Source: Waterburya sp.
GTDB lineage: Bacteria; Cyanobacteriota; Cyanobacteriia; Cyanobacteriales; Xenococcaceae
Assembly: GCA_965217895.1 (NCBI GenBank)
Contig: CBDCJV010000002.1
Coordinates: forward strand, 1,504,001-1,568,000
Length of the DNA stretch: 64,000 nt
Reading direction: 5' to 3'
The notes below the pieces were generated by a model. It saw nothing but the letters and a program-made list of their open reading frames with translations, did no database searches and was not told where the DNA came from. A program made the translations under genes and the position numbers. Within the stretch, counting starts at the first letter, position 1. Every line of letters begins with the position of its first letter. This document shows, in pieces, positions 52,420 to 63,949 of the stretch.

Positions 52420-53370
52420 TTAAATTATAGATTTAACTTGGATACCATTACTAACAAGTTTGGTTACCCAAAAACGAAGTTGAGAATCGTTAATTTGAGT
52501 TTTCACCCGATCTTTAACGGCGATCGCTTTTGCCTCAGAGTCGCACAGCGCAAACACAGTAGGTCCTGAGCCAGACATCATTGTACCCAGTATATCTTGA
52601 GCAGCAAAAGCTGACTTGAGTTTTGCTACCTGGGGATATTCAGGCAAAACAACTTTTTCTAAGTCATTGTGGATTAATTTACCAATTTCTTGAGCATTTT
52701 TATTGACTATGGCATTAACCAAAGGACTAGAATTCACCTCGGCAGTGCGAGATTTAATTCCTGCTGCATCAGAGATATAAGAATTGCCATACTGCTGACG
52801 ATAAGTTTTATATGCCCAGGGTGTAGAAACGCCAATGTTATCGTATTTAGCCAAAACCAGCCAAATATCGTCAAGATTTGGGAGCGCGTCTAGTTTTTCT
52901 CCTCTACCAGTCGCGATCGCTGTTCCTCCAGAAACACAAAAAGGAATGTCAGAGCCTAATTGAGCAGCCAACTCCTCTAATTCAGGTTGAGTTAAACCCA
53001 AATTCCAGATTAAGTTCGTTCCTACTAGTACTGCTGCTGCGTTACCAGATCCTCCCGCCAAGCCAGCAGCTACAGGAATGTTTTTTACAATTCTGATGCT
53101 AACACCACCATAGTTAGCGTGTACATCAGGAAAAACTTTACACATTAGTTGAGCAGCGCGATAAGCCAAATTAGTTTCATTTTCTGGTACATAGGGATGA
53201 TCGCAGTAAATGTAAATCTTTTGAGTATCGCTTGGTTTAATATCTACTCGATCTGCCAAGCCAATACTCTGTAAAATCATGACTAGCTCATGAAATCCGT
53301 CAGAGCGATCGCCAATAATTTCTAAATAAAGATTGATTTTTGCTGGTGCAATCAGAGAACAAGAACGCAT
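52420..53370 (-). CDS. ispE: 4-diphosphocytidyl-2-C-methyl-D-erythritol kinase
   Basis: [36 protein letters not shown]. Confidence 0.97.
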   Translation of the reverse strand: MRSCSLIAPAKINLYLEIIGDRSDGFHELVMILQSIGLADRVDIKPSDTQKIYIYCDHPYVPENETNLAYRAAQLMCKVFPDVHANYGGVSIRIVKNIPVAAGLAGGSGNAAAVLVGTNLIWNLGLTQPELEELAAQLGSDIPFCVSGGTAIATGRGEKLDALPNLDDIWLVLAKYDNIGVSTPWAYKTYRQQYGNSYISDAAGIKSRTAEVNSSPLVNAIVNKNAQEIGKLIHNDLEKVVLPEYPQVAKLKSAFAAQDILGTMMSGSGPTVFALCDSEAKAIAVKDRVKTQINDSQLRFWVTKLVSNGIQVKSII

Positions 53371-53466
53371 ATCTTAGAAAACAAAGTAGCCATTTGATTA
53401 CTATATAGTGAATTCACTACAGTCAGAACAGATAGAGTTTATGCGCCCATAAAATTACCGTTAAAT

Positions 53467-54636
53467 TTAATTAACTATTACTTTGTCATCGTCTTGAGCA
53501 GATTCGACAGCAGCCTTGTTCTTGGCTATCTCTTCTTTTGTCATTAGATTAACGATGGAGGATTTTTCTAGCAGTCCAATTACCTCACCTTCTTCTCCTA
53601 CAACTATAAGCTCTTGAACTTTCTTGCTCTCGATAGTTTTGGCTACCTCTAACAAAGAAGTATCAGCAGCAACAGTATTAACTTCTGGTATAGATTTGAC
53701 TAACTCACGCAGATAGATTTCGTTCCAGTCAGAAGTAGGAATTTGTTTCAAATCTTCTACAGCAATATTACCAATTAACTTTTGATTTTCATCTATTACC
53801 AAAAACTTTTTCCAACGCTCTTTACCGATCACATAGTCATTGACAAACTCTCTAACGCTTAGATGATCTCCCACTATCGGGCTATCTGCAACCACAGCAT
53901 CTTTAGCAGTATACTGACTTAGTTTGTCCTGTACCACAGCCGATTGAGCAGCCATACCAGCATTTTGCAAGAGAAATACGCCAATCAACAGAGTCCAAAC
54001 ACTTCCCGCTTGAGAGATCCCCAAGACAGATAAGATACCCAGAGATATGGCAATCCAGCCTATGACTTGACCGACTCTACCCGCAAAGATTACTCCTTTG
54101 TTGGGATTACCTGTAATTTTCCAGACAACAGCCTTGAGAACATTACCACCGTCAAGAGGTAAGCCAGGAATCATATTAAATAGTGCCAGAATTAAATTAA
54201 TATAGGCTACGGGCAGGATAATTGCCTCTAAAGATTTATTAAGTGAAAAACTAGCTCCTATTAGGGCAAAAATACCAAATAATAAAACACTGACTAACGG
54301 TCCTGCGATCGCCACAGTAAACGCTTGAAATGGCGTTTCTGATTCTTTTTCTAAGGTCGCTAAACCGCCGAAAATGAATAGAGTGATCGATTTAACAGGA
54401 ATTCCTTGAGAAATCGCCACAAAACTATGACCCAGTTCGTGAGCCAATACTGAAGAAAATAATAGTAAGGCAGTAATAAAACCCAAAATCCAGGGAGTTG
54501 ACCCCGTAAAATAAGGGAATCTAGTTAAATTAGAGCCATAGCTCCACGTCACTAAACCCAGGATAAAAAACCAAGATGGGTTAATAAAAAATGGAATCCC
54601 AAATAAATTACCGATCCGAATGTTGCCGTTCATCAA
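53467..54636 (-). CDS. Site-2 (M50) metalloprotease with a CBS pair
   Basis: HELGH; AGP; FNMIPGLPLDGG; C-terminal CBS-like region. Confidence 0.93.
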   Translation of the reverse strand: MMNGNIRIGNLFGIPFFINPSWFFILGLVTWSYGSNLTRFPYFTGSTPWILGFITALLLFSSVLAHELGHSFVAISQGIPVKSITLFIFGGLATLEKESETPFQAFTVAIAGPLVSVLLFGIFALIGASFSLNKSLEAIILPVAYINLILALFNMIPGLPLDGGNVLKAVVWKITGNPNKGVIFAGRVGQVIGWIAISLGILSVLGISQAGSVWTLLIGVFLLQNAGMAAQSAVVQDKLSQYTAKDAVVADSPIVGDHLSVREFVNDYVIGKERWKKFLVIDENQKLIGNIAVEDLKQIPTSDWNEIYLRELVKSIPEVNTVAADTSLLEVAKTIESKKVQELIVVGEEGEVIGLLEKSSIVNLMTKEEIAKNKAAVESAQDDDKVIVN

Positions 54637-54848
54637 ATACTCCTTTGTGGATGAAGCAATATTAATATTTTTCCACTTGTGCTAAAGGAAAATGTTTTAT
54701 ATTTTGTTTGCTATTAAATTATTACAATGGTAGCGGAGCATGACGGTCAATTCATCCTTCGGTAGTAGGGTAAAAACCGTCCTCAAATTTACGGTAACAA
54801 GTTGACGCATCTTGGGCATAATAGGTATTAGAGAGCAGTAATAATAAT

Positions 54849-55346
54849 ATGTCAGATATAACCCCCCATTATCCAAACTCTTATAGCCAAGAAGATATTC
54901 AGCAAATTCTCAATATAGCGATCGCCCGTCACCATACCCACGAAGAATTAAGTAGACAGCAACTGTGGGAAATCGCCTCAGAACTAGATATTAGTAACGC
55001 CACTATCCAAGCTGCGGAGCAAGATTGGCTCGAACAAAAACTAGTCGATCGCCAGCGACACGCCTTTAGTTTATATCGCCGTCAAAACTTTAAGCAGAAA
55101 CTTACTAAATTTGCGATCGTTAATATTTTTCTTGTTTCTTTAAACATAATTGCTGCTGGCTCTCTTACCTGGTCTTTATATATTCTGCTATTCTGGGGAT
55201 TAGGCATTGCTCTCAATGGTTGGAAAGCTTATCAAACCCAAGGAGAAGAATACGAACGAGCTTTCCAAAGATGGAGTTTTCAAAACGAAGTCAAGCAGAC
55301 AGTTTCTACAGTCTGGACAAGACTACAAAAGACTTTGCAGGTTTAA
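54849..55346 (+). CDS. 2TM-domain protein
   Basis: YSQEDIQQIL..AIA N-terminus; two TM helices with WGLG. Confidence 0.85.
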   Translation: MSDITPHYPNSYSQEDIQQILNIAIARHHTHEELSRQQLWEIASELDISNATIQAAEQDWLEQKLVDRQRHAFSLYRRQNFKQKLTKFAIVNIFLVSLNIIAAGSLTWSLYILLFWGLGIALNGWKAYQTQGEEYERAFQRWSFQNEVKQTVSTVWTRLQKTLQV

Positions 55347-55371
55347 GCCCATCGACGAGAAGTTTGTAATC

Positions 55372-55407
55372 TAACTGCTCTAACTGCTTTAACTGCCCTA
55401 ACTGTTG
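55372..55407 (+). repeat. Degenerate 9-bp tandem repeat (TAACTGnnn)x4
   Basis: taactgctc taactgctt taactgccc taactgttg. Confidence 0.7.
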
Positions 55408-55410
55408 CTA

Positions 55411-55758
55411 TTAACTACTTAAGCCCAAAAAATTCTTGAGCCAGTCTAAGAAATTGCCTACATCTTTGGTAGTAACTTTAAGTAGAGAAAGTATCCCGAC
55501 CAAAATCAAAATTGTACCAATCAAAAAGTTCTCTTTATACAAAGCTAAACCAACTATAGCGACAAAGTAAGGAGAAACAATACGGCTAATTTTTTCCACA
55601 GAAGATACAAGCTCATTGCTTTCTAGCATCTCAGTTTCTGTTTGTAGCAAAGTATCTTGGGGAGAAGTTGAATTAACTATGGTGGGGGGAGTAAGTTTAA
55701 TGTCTTGTAAATCGGACATAGTAGGTTTTTGTGGTTCACGGGGCGACTTTCCAAACAT
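55411..55758 (-). CDS. Hypothetical membrane protein
   Basis: Two C-terminal TM helices (SPYFVAIVGL; GTILILVGILSL). Confidence 0.72.
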   Translation of the reverse strand: MFGKSPREPQKPTMSDLQDIKLTPPTIVNSTSPQDTLLQTETEMLESNELVSSVEKISRIVSPYFVAIVGLALYKENFLIGTILILVGILSLLKVTTKDVGNFLDWLKNFLGLSS

Positions 55759-55935
55759 AACTCAACTTGCGGTAAATTTATATCTTACATAAGATAACTC
55801 GATCTGGAGATTCGATCTGCAACCAACCCTAATTTTTGACTAAGTTATTACTTACTACCCACTACCTAGAAGCTCGATCGCTTTACGTATAATTAAGAAA
55901 GCAAGGGTATAGAGTTGGAGATTGTAGATTAATTA

Positions 55936-56892
55936 TTGCTTATGAGCGAAGATTTGGCGATCGCCACCTATGGTTTGACTAAACGATTTGAGGGACATAT
56001 CGCCGTTAACGATATCGATCTAAGGATCGAGAGTGGCGAAGTGTACGGTTTGATTGGTCCGAATGGTGCGGGCAAAACGACCTTAATTAGAATGTTAGCA
56101 GCAGCAGAAGAACCCACTAAAGGAGAAATTTATCTCAATGGCGATCGTTTATTACGAAATGATTCTAATTCTGTCTTAAAAAAACGCTTGGGATATCTCC
56201 CAGATGATTTTCCGCTTTATGACGATCTAACTGTCTGGGATTATCTAGATTACTTTGCGCGTTTATATAATCTCAAACAACCTTTTCGCCGTCGTCGCCT
56301 AGTAGAAGTATTAGAACTAGTTCAGCTAGAAAATAAACGCAAAAGTATTATTTCTACTCTTTCAAGAGGCATGAAGCAACGCCTTAGTTTAGCTAGAACA
56401 ATAATTCACGAACCCATATTGTTACTGTTAGATGAACCCGTATCAGGATTAGATCCTCTAGCCAGACAGCAGTTTAGGCAAATTATTAAAATTTTACAAG
56501 AAGCGGGAATGACAATCCTAATTTCTTCTCATGTCTTAAGCGATCTTGCCGAACTCTGTACTTCAGTAGGCATAATGGAGTTGGGCTTTTTGGTAGAAAG
56601 TACTTCTTTGAAAGAACTATATCAACGGTTATCTCGTCAACAAATAATTATTAGCACTTTAGGTAAGATAGAGATATTGCAACAACAACTCAGCCAAAAC
56701 TCTTTGGTAGAAACATGGGAGATGATACCTAAAAGCAATCGTCTTCGAGTTAATTTTACAGGAAAAGAGTCTGACTGCGCTCAACTGTTGCGATCGCTTA
56801 TTCTCGCTGATATTCCCTTGACAGAATTTTATTGTACCCAAGAAGATCTTGAAACTATATTTTTAAAATTAGGGCATCAACAGGCTTCTTAA
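55936..56892 (+). CDS. ABC transporter ATP-binding protein (export type)
   Basis: GPNGAGKTT; LSRGMKQR; LLLDEP; SSH. Confidence 0.96.
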   Translation: MLMSEDLAIATYGLTKRFEGHIAVNDIDLRIESGEVYGLIGPNGAGKTTLIRMLAAAEEPTKGEIYLNGDRLLRNDSNSVLKKRLGYLPDDFPLYDDLTVWDYLDYFARLYNLKQPFRRRRLVEVLELVQLENKRKSIISTLSRGMKQRLSLARTIIHEPILLLLDEPVSGLDPLARQQFRQIIKILQEAGMTILISSHVLSDLAELCTSVGIMELGFLVESTSLKELYQRLSRQQIIISTLGKIEILQQQLSQNSLVETWEMIPKSNRLRVNFTGKESDCAQLLRSLILADIPLTEFYCTQEDLETIFLKLGHQQAS

Positions 56893-56947
56893 AGTACAAA
56901 ATCGGCGATGGTAACAATTTACTACCCAAGTTTTATCAGTCATAATC

Positions 56948-58654
56948 ATGAAACAAAATATGCAGGTGTGGCACGACTATAATTCATTATGGGAAAAATT
57001 CTTAGATTGGAATCCCCAACTATTTCGAGAGCTTAAAGGCAAGTTAAAAACGAGAAATGTAGTTGTTGCTGCTGCCATCTCCATTATCACTCAATTTGTG
57101 ATTGTCATTTCTCTTTTAAGTGAATTACCAGGATCAGACCAAAAAGGATTATTAGAAGACCAAACAGGACGTTATGCCTTCGGCTATGGCACTAATGAGC
57201 TATTGTATACCAAGGATCTGCTGGACAATTGGATGATCAATTGGCAGCTATTATGGCTCGATTTGTTTATGATTTTGAGCATTATTAGCATCTTTGCCCT
57301 ACTAATAGTCGGTACTTATATGCTGATTGCCGATACGGTCAAAGAAGAAAGCAGAGGCACACTTAATTTTATTCGTTTAACTCCTCAATCTTCTGGCAAT
57401 ATTTTGCTAGGGAAAATTTTGGGAGTGCCAATATTGCTTTACACAGTAATTTTATTATTTGTTCCCCTACATTTGCTGGCTGGTTTGGGAGCGCGTATTC
57501 CACTTACCCTTATTATTGGCTTTGATGCAGTAATAGTTGCTGGCTGTGCCTTTTGCTACAGCTTGGCTTTACTCTGGAGTTTAATGAAGTTTGGCTTATC
57601 TGGCTTTAAACCTTGGTTAGCTAGCGGAGCAGTCGGCTTTATTCTGAGCTTTTTAACTATGGCTTTGGTTCACGGTGGTAGCCTCTCCCAAACCATATTT
57701 GATTGGTTGTTTTTATTCAATCCAGCTATAGTCCTATCGTATTTGATTGATGCTAGTAACATATCTCAAACCAAAATTGCTTTTTTATCAGCAGAAAACT
57801 TGGGTGAATTATTATTTTATGGACAAGCATTATGGACAAAAGCAAGTATTGGCATTAGCTTAATGTTATGTAACTTAAGTCTTTGGACTTACTGGTGTTG
57901 GTCAGTTTTAAAACGCCGCTTTTATAATCCAGAAAATACTCTAGTTAGCAAAACCCAAAGTTATTGGCTAACTGCCTGGTTGATGGCGATCGCTCTTGGC
58001 TTTACTCTTCAACAAGATAATAATGGTTTACTAACCAACAATTTTGTAATTTTACAATGCTGTTTATTTATTTGGGGACTAGCATTAATTGCCCTGTTAA
58101 GCCCCCATCGCCAAGCATTATATGACTGGGCGCGATATCGTCATCAAAAAAGTGAAAATGGCAATGTCCTCTGGAAAGAATTGATTTTTGGCGAAAATAG
58201 TCCTTCAACAATTGCAATGGCAATTAATCTGGCGATCGCGATCGCTTATATTACTCCTTCCATATTTTTGATGTTAGGGGAAGATAAACAGCAAATATTT
58301 TTGGGTTTTATCCTTAATGCTGGCTGCATTCTGCTTTGTGCCGTGGTGGCTCAGTTAATCCTGACTGCTAAAACTCGCAAACGCGCAGTTTGGTCGACAA
58401 TTACAGTGTTCTCAATGATTGTTGTACCGCCTCTTTGTTTAGGTGTTGCTGAGATTGCTCCTGAGACTTCGCCTCAAGCTTGGTTATTTAGCTTTATTCC
58501 CACTATTGCTGCTGAATATGCTACCTTTTCGACAGTGATGTTAGCTGTCTCGCTACAGTGGTTTGTTATCTCTTTAGTTGGTTTACAGATGACAAGGAAA
58601 CTAAGGCAAGCAGGAGCATCAGAAACCAAAATGCTATTTTCTCAGTCTCGTTAA
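56948..58654 (+). CDS. ABC-2-type permease-like membrane protein
   Basis: WNPQLFRELKG; EESRGTLNFIRLTPQS...ILLGKILG; many TM helices. Confidence 0.85.
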   Translation: MKQNMQVWHDYNSLWEKFLDWNPQLFRELKGKLKTRNVVVAAAISIITQFVIVISLLSELPGSDQKGLLEDQTGRYAFGYGTNELLYTKDLLDNWMINWQLLWLDLFMILSIISIFALLIVGTYMLIADTVKEESRGTLNFIRLTPQSSGNILLGKILGVPILLYTVILLFVPLHLLAGLGARIPLTLIIGFDAVIVAGCAFCYSLALLWSLMKFGLSGFKPWLASGAVGFILSFLTMALVHGGSLSQTIFDWLFLFNPAIVLSYLIDASNISQTKIAFLSAENLGELLFYGQALWTKASIGISLMLCNLSLWTYWCWSVLKRRFYNPENTLVSKTQSYWLTAWLMAIALGFTLQQDNNGLLTNNFVILQCCLFIWGLALIALLSPHRQALYDWARYRHQKSENGNVLWKELIFGENSPSTIAMAINLAIAIAYITPSIFLMLGEDKQQIFLGFILNAGCILLCAVVAQLILTAKTRKRAVWSTITVFSMIVVPPLCLGVAEIAPETSPQAWLFSFIPTIAAEYATFSTVMLAVSLQWFVISLVGLQMTRKLRQAGASETKMLFSQSR

Positions 58655-58790
58655 GAATCGGGATATTTAATCAACAAAGGCTTAAGCCACATATAGCGAT
58701 CGCTTTTCTGTCAAGGCGATCGCTTTTTCGATTATCTTAAAATTAAACTAATACCAAATCCGCTACAGGTCAAAGTATTTTCAACAATAA

Positions 58791-58912
58791 GTTGGTAGTT
58801 AGTAGTTAGTCGTTTGTAGTTAAGAACTAACGGTCGTTCGCTCGTACAGTTGTTCGTAGTCAAAAAGAACTACCTACTACCCACTACTTACTACTTACTA
58901 CCTAACAGTTAA
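58791..58912. repeat. Opposed heptamer arrays flanking a degenerate REP
   Basis: (GTAGTTA)-like repeats at 58791-58821; CGGTCGTTCGCTCGTACA at 58831; (CTACTTA)-like repeats at 58880-58912. Confidence 0.6.
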
Positions 58913-58932
58913 GTAACCTACGCCAACAGGAT

Positions 58933-59490
58933 TTAGTATAAACCTGCTTGTTGAAAAATCTGCTGAGGAGTTAGGTTTAATTCTGGCAATAGGTCATCAG
59001 CGATCGCTGAAGTTCCTTTGATTGTTTTGGGCAAAGTATCTGGATAAAAAATAGTAATACTTTGAGCTTTAGTATCTATCAACCAAACTCTGTCTATTCC
59101 TGCTTGCAAATAATCTGTAGCCTTTTCTGCTAGATTACCAAATGTCTGTCCTGGAGAAATGATTTCAATTACCAATTCAGGCGCAACGGGACAAGCTTCA
59201 TCTAGTATCCAATCTGTACTTAGACGATTGTAGGATGTATAACTTAGATCTGGAACAGGAATCCAATCAGTTCCATTTCTTTTGAGTTTGATTGCCCACT
59301 CAGGGTAGATTCGTCCCTTTCCTTGACACCAACTTTGTAGCAAGATTATCAACGTAGCTTGAACAGCAGAATGAAAGAATTTAGGAGACATTTTAGGAAT
59401 AGCCTGACCATCTATAAGTTCGTAAGGGCGATCGCCTTCGGGAAGTTCAAAGAACTCTTGGACAGTTAACTTGGCAGTAGATGAAAGCAT
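58933..59490 (-). CDS. Uma2 family (DUF820) putative endonuclease
   Basis: YELIDGQAIPKMSP; VPDLSY; PELVIEIISP; K...YLQAG..VWLID. Confidence 0.92.
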   Translation of the reverse strand: MLSSTAKLTVQEFFELPEGDRPYELIDGQAIPKMSPKFFHSAVQATLIILLQSWCQGKGRIYPEWAIKLKRNGTDWIPVPDLSYTSYNRLSTDWILDEACPVAPELVIEIISPGQTFGNLAEKATDYLQAGIDRVWLIDTKAQSITIFYPDTLPKTIKGTSAIADDLLPELNLTPQQIFQQAGLY

Positions 59491-59647
59491 TGTTTTTGAG
59501 TTAAATGGCTTTTTAAATGATCGATGATTTAATTATGCTCCAACTGGCTAAATAACTGAAGTGATAATAGTACACACAATACAAATAGTCTTTTCAAGAC
59601 TAAAAGAAACTGTTAAAGTGTCACCTTACAATTAACAGTTGAAAATC

Positions 59648-60796
59648 ATGAAAGTTATCGGCTTAATGAGTGGCACTTCTGTCGATGGTATTGATGCTGC
59701 TTTGGTAGAAGTTAGCGGTCGAGAAAAAGATTTAGAAGTAAGACTGTTGGCAGGAGCGACTTTTGTTTATCCCGAACAATTAAGAGCAGAAATATTAGCA
59801 GTATGTGGCGGGAAGGCAATTGCGATCGCTGAACTAGCTGCCTTAGATGATGCGATCGCCATTCAGTTTGCCGAAGCAGCCCAAAAAATTCAATCTCAGC
59901 ATTCAATTGCCGAATTGATTGGCTCTCATGGTCAAACGGTATATCATCGACCACTATCAAAAGTCAAAACAAATAAAAATTTAGGCTATAGTCTTCAGCT
60001 TGGCAGGGGAGATTTAATTGCTCGTCTTACGGGCATCAAAACTATCAGTAACTTTCGAGCAGCAGATATTGCCAGAGGGGGAGAAGGCGCGCCTTTAGTG
60101 CCTAAAATAGACGCTTGTTTGCTATCTCATCCCAGCAAAACCAGAGCGATTCAAAATATAGGCGGTATTGGCAATGTGGCATATTTACCTGCAAATCAAA
60201 CACAAGACTGGAAACAGCAGGTTTGTGGCTGGGATACAGGGCCAGGTAATGCCCTTTTAGATTTAGCTGTTACTCGCCTAACTAATGGTAAGCAAACCTA
60301 CGATCGCAATGGTCAATGGGCGGCACAAGGAACTCGGGATCGTCAATTAGTAGAACAATGGTTAAAGCATGATTTTTTTCATCAACCACCACCAAAATCT
60401 ACTGGCAGAGAATTATTTGGTCAAGATTATCTTGAGCAGTGCTGGCAAGACATGGAGCAAAAGCAGCTTAATGATTGCGATCGCCTGACCACCCTCACAG
60501 AACTTACCGTCGCCTCAATTGTGCATAGTTACAGACAGTTTTTACCCCAATTACCCGACGAAGTTTTGCTTTGTGGCGGGGGCAGTAGAAATTCATATCT
60601 GAGACATCGCTTGCAAGCTGAGTTAATATCGGCACATATTGGTACAACAGACGAGGTAGAACTTAACGGCAATTTGAAAGAAGCGATCGCTTTTGCAGTA
60701 TTGGCATACTGGAGAATAAATTCTATTCCTGGTAATTTACCTCAAGTGACTGGGGCAGACAAACCTACTTTATTAGGAGATATTTATTGCCCCTAA
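59648..60796 (+). CDS. anmK: Anhydro-N-acetylmuramic acid kinase
   Basis: [46 protein letters not shown]. Confidence 0.97.
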   Translation: MKVIGLMSGTSVDGIDAALVEVSGREKDLEVRLLAGATFVYPEQLRAEILAVCGGKAIAIAELAALDDAIAIQFAEAAQKIQSQHSIAELIGSHGQTVYHRPLSKVKTNKNLGYSLQLGRGDLIARLTGIKTISNFRAADIARGGEGAPLVPKIDACLLSHPSKTRAIQNIGGIGNVAYLPANQTQDWKQQVCGWDTGPGNALLDLAVTRLTNGKQTYDRNGQWAAQGTRDRQLVEQWLKHDFFHQPPPKSTGRELFGQDYLEQCWQDMEQKQLNDCDRLTTLTELTVASIVHSYRQFLPQLPDEVLLCGGGSRNSYLRHRLQAELISAHIGTTDEVELNGNLKEAIAFAVLAYWRINSIPGNLPQVTGADKPTLLGDIYCP

Positions 60797-60846
60797 AAAA
60801 TTAAATCTAGATTTTTTAGCAATACACAAATCATGAGGATCGAGTT

Positions 60847-61284
60847 GTGGCTCATAGTTTCCTAGTAGAGTCAGGCTATTGGAATGTAAAGGGTTATTGG
60901 CTTAAGCCCAATTTAGCACCAATTACCTTAGCAGGAGATATTCAAATTGCTTGGAAACGAGCAAACTGGTTCAAAATGACTACCAGTTTAGCTTGTGATG
61001 ACGAAGCAGAAACCAAAATTATTTATCAATGTAAGGGCAATCTAAATTACGAAGAGAAATATTATACCTATGTTGCTCAACACAGCCTTTTGGGGAACAT
61101 TGAGGGAGAGGGACGACTTGGATTGCAGTCTATTATTCAGTATTACTGGTTTTTAGGAACTACCACCAACAAAAAGGGATTGGATACTTTTTACTCTATA
61201 GACCAAAATACCTATTATCTGATTAGCAATATTTTAGAAGGTCACAGTCTATTAAGCACAATCGAAGTCACCCTCAAACGTTGA
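60847..61284 (+). CDS. Conserved cyanobacterial hypothetical protein
   Basis: HSFLVESGYW...HSLLGNIEGEG beta-rich ORF upstream of spkA. Confidence 0.75.
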   Translation: MAHSFLVESGYWNVKGYWLKPNLAPITLAGDIQIAWKRANWFKMTTSLACDDEAETKIIYQCKGNLNYEEKYYTYVAQHSLLGNIEGEGRLGLQSIIQYYWFLGTTTNKKGLDTFYSIDQNTYYLISNILEGHSLLSTIEVTLKR

Positions 61285-61345
61285 AGATGTTTATAAGTTG
61301 AGACCAAAACAACAGAAGCCACAATAGCTTCCAATATATGAAAAT

Positions 61346-62917
61346 ATGAATAAAGATTCTAACACTGGTCGTTTACTTGCTAACCGTTATCAACTATACG
61401 ATTTAGTTGGCGAAGGTGCTATGGGTAGGGTTTATCGAGCCAAAGACACTATATTGGGCGGTGTAACCGTAGCAATAAAATTCTTGGCACAGGCTCTACT
61501 TAACGATAATATGCGTGAGCGTTTTGAGCGTGAGGCAACAATTTCGGCTTTGTTAGGCGAAAAAAGTATTCATGTTGTCCGAGTCAGAGATTACGGAGTA
61601 GACGAAAGCAATATTCCTTTCTATGTGATGGAGTTTCTTTCGGGAGAAAGCATCAATGAGCTAATTTGCCATCAGCCAATGCCTTTGAACAGATTTCTCA
61701 CCCTAACTCGTCACGTCTGTTTTGGTTTAGATTCGGCTCACCAAGGTATTTATGTAAATGGTGAACTAAGCCACATTATTCATCGAGATATTAAACCTAG
61801 CAATATTATCGTGCTGCAAGATCCTACTCTAGGGGAATTAGCCAAAATCCTCGATTTTGGGATTGCTAAACTAATTCAAGCCAATGCTAACCAAACTCAA
61901 TCATTTATGGGGACTTTGGCATATTGCTCTCCCGAACAAATGGAAGGCAAAGAATTAGATCATCGTTCTGATATTTATAGTCTAGGCATCATGATGTACG
62001 AGATGCTGACTATGGATATGCCCTTATTGCCACAAAACTCTTCCTTTGGAGGCTGGTATCAGGCGCACCACAACTTTAAACCAGAACCGTTTAGTGGCAG
62101 ACTTAGGTTACCAACCGAATTACAAAATTTAGTATTTCGCTGTTTGGCAAAAAAGAGAGAAGATAGACCGCAAAACGTCGGCGAAATTATTAGTGTTTTA
62201 GACACAATTGAGCAACAGACTAAATCTAGACCAACAAACCCCAGTCAGGGAAATATGGCTCAGGATACTGCTCAGGAACATCAGGCAGAAATTAGAGACG
62301 ATAATACAGAAAAGGCAACATATACTAAAGATCAAACCGTCAATGCCGAATCTTCGGTAACAGAGACTTGTTTGCAAACTCCCTGGCCAAAGAACAAGCC
62401 ATTACAAAAAATTGTTTTTCCTCAACTAATTTCTACTCCATTGGGAGAAGCTCCTGTTCTTTGTGTCATGCTAGAGCCTGAAGGTATCCAAAATAGAATA
62501 TCCAGCACGCGCTACAATCAATTCCTCTACCTAAATCATCCCCATCCAATGTTGCTTTGGATTACTGTTTTATATAACCTAGAACATGGGGCTAAATGGC
62601 TTTCCTGTTATTTAGATCTTAAATCTCACAAAGGACAGCAGATTTGTCGCGCTTTGGCAGAACAGGGTAAATATCGTATTTTATTCTATGCCCTGGATGA
62701 ATCTCAACAATGTCAGCATATTGTCAGTTCGATAATTAATGCTCGTAACCGTAAAATGTTAAAGCAATGGGCAGATCTTAGTCAGGTAACAAGAAGCGTC
62801 GGCGATGTCAAAACGGCAAAAGAAGTTTTAAGACAGGAATTAGAAAAGCTAAAAGACAAGATTTTGACTAAGGTTAAAAGTTCTAAAGCAACTGATGTAA
62901 ACTCCGCAGAATCATAA
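61346..62917 (+). CDS. spkA: Ser/Thr protein kinase, SpkA-like
   Basis: GEGAMGRVY; HRDIKPSN; DFG; SPEQ; N-terminal LLANRYQL and ALLGEKSIH as in SpkA. Confidence 0.88.
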   Translation: MNKDSNTGRLLANRYQLYDLVGEGAMGRVYRAKDTILGGVTVAIKFLAQALLNDNMRERFEREATISALLGEKSIHVVRVRDYGVDESNIPFYVMEFLSGESINELICHQPMPLNRFLTLTRHVCFGLDSAHQGIYVNGELSHIIHRDIKPSNIIVLQDPTLGELAKILDFGIAKLIQANANQTQSFMGTLAYCSPEQMEGKELDHRSDIYSLGIMMYEMLTMDMPLLPQNSSFGGWYQAHHNFKPEPFSGRLRLPTELQNLVFRCLAKKREDRPQNVGEIISVLDTIEQQTKSRPTNPSQGNMAQDTAQEHQAEIRDDNTEKATYTKDQTVNAESSVTETCLQTPWPKNKPLQKIVFPQLISTPLGEAPVLCVMLEPEGIQNRISSTRYNQFLYLNHPHPMLLWITVLYNLEHGAKWLSCYLDLKSHKGQQICRALAEQGKYRILFYALDESQQCQHIVSSIINARNRKMLKQWADLSQVTRSVGDVKTAKEVLRQELEKLKDKILTKVKSSKATDVNSAES

Positions 62918-62936
62918 TAAAAAAACCGTTAATTTA

Positions 62937-63161
62937 ATGAATAATGAACAAAAAAGTTTCAAGGTAGGCGATCGCATTAAAATTATATCTCTTCCTGCCT
63001 ATATTAAAACCGCCGAACCCATGCCCATGTTACGTCCTTCTAATCTACTGACGGTAGGAGAACAAGGCACAATTATGGATCGTCGTCCTGGAGGCTATTG
63101 GGGCATTCGTTTTACCCAAGGAGCATTTTTGTTAGAGAGTCAATATATAGAAATAATCTGA
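62937..63161 (+). CDS. sipA: NblS-interacting protein SipA (DUF3148)
   Basis: PAYIKTAEPMPMLRP...RRPGGYWGIRF..GAFLL. Confidence 0.92.
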   Translation: MNNEQKSFKVGDRIKIISLPAYIKTAEPMPMLRPSNLLTVGEQGTIMDRRPGGYWGIRFTQGAFLLESQYIEII

Positions 63162-63274
63162 TCGCAAAAGTAATTTTTACTATTTCCAAAAAGTAGTTTT
63201 AGTGGAACAAAAAAACTAATGATAGCGTCTTCAAAATATGTATGTTTTGATAATTAAAAATTAGATTAATATAA

Positions 63275-63775
63275 GTGTTTAAAGCTATCGTTAAGCCAAA
63301 TTTATTTAAAGTAAAAAGCCAATTTATCTTCAAAAAAGCTTTTTGGTTATTATTAACTGGAGCTAGTTTAAATGTCAACATTCATTCAACCTTTGCTCAG
63401 ATTGCAATTAATCAAAGTACTATGACCCAGCCTCTAATTATTGAAGGAATAAGTGGTGGTTCAATTGCTGCTTTAGAAATTACTCATACTGAAAATACAG
63501 CTACAGGTTATTGTGATGGCTTTGCCAATTCTCAGCCTAATCATATTTTAAAGCTCGATTCTTTTTGGCAATTTTTGCGCTTAGAAGTTGAAAGTGATGC
63601 AGATACAACTATCATGGTTCAAGGTCCTGGGGGAACATGGTGTAATGATGATGTAAGTAGTGCTAATCCCATGATTGAAGGAGTATGGCAGCCAGGAATA
63701 TACAAAGTCTGGGTGGGTTCGTATCAGGCTGAGTCTAGCAATAATTATCAGATTAAAATTACAGGACAAAAATAG
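63275..63775 (+). CDS. Exported protein with a PPC-like (pre-peptidase C-terminal) domain
   Basis: Signal-like segment; DTTIMVQGPGGTWCNDD; GIYKVWVGS. Confidence 0.78.
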   Translation: MFKAIVKPNLFKVKSQFIFKKAFWLLLTGASLNVNIHSTFAQIAINQSTMTQPLIIEGISGGSIAALEITHTENTATGYCDGFANSQPNHILKLDSFWQFLRLEVESDADTTIMVQGPGGTWCNDDVSSANPMIEGVWQPGIYKVWVGSYQAESSNNYQIKITGQK

Positions 63776-63831
63776 TTATTATATGAAACACAAAAATAAA
63801 TGCTACATATTGGTTTAGGTTAGTTAGTAGT

Positions 63832-63948
63832 TATACCATTTCTCCTTGAAGTTGCACTTAAGTATTTGAGCTTAAAACTCTCGCAAAGACGCAAAGACGC
63901 TAAGGGGGTAGATTTTATTTAGTGCATTGTCATAGAGAGTTGGTATTA
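63832..63948. mobile_element. MITE-like element with imperfect ~28-bp terminal inverted repeats
   Basis: ATACCATTTCTCCTTGAAGTTGCACTTA ... TTAGTGCATTGTCATAGAGAGTTGGTAT; TA at both ends; internal CGCAAAGA repeat. Confidence 0.6.
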
Positions 63949-63949
63949 G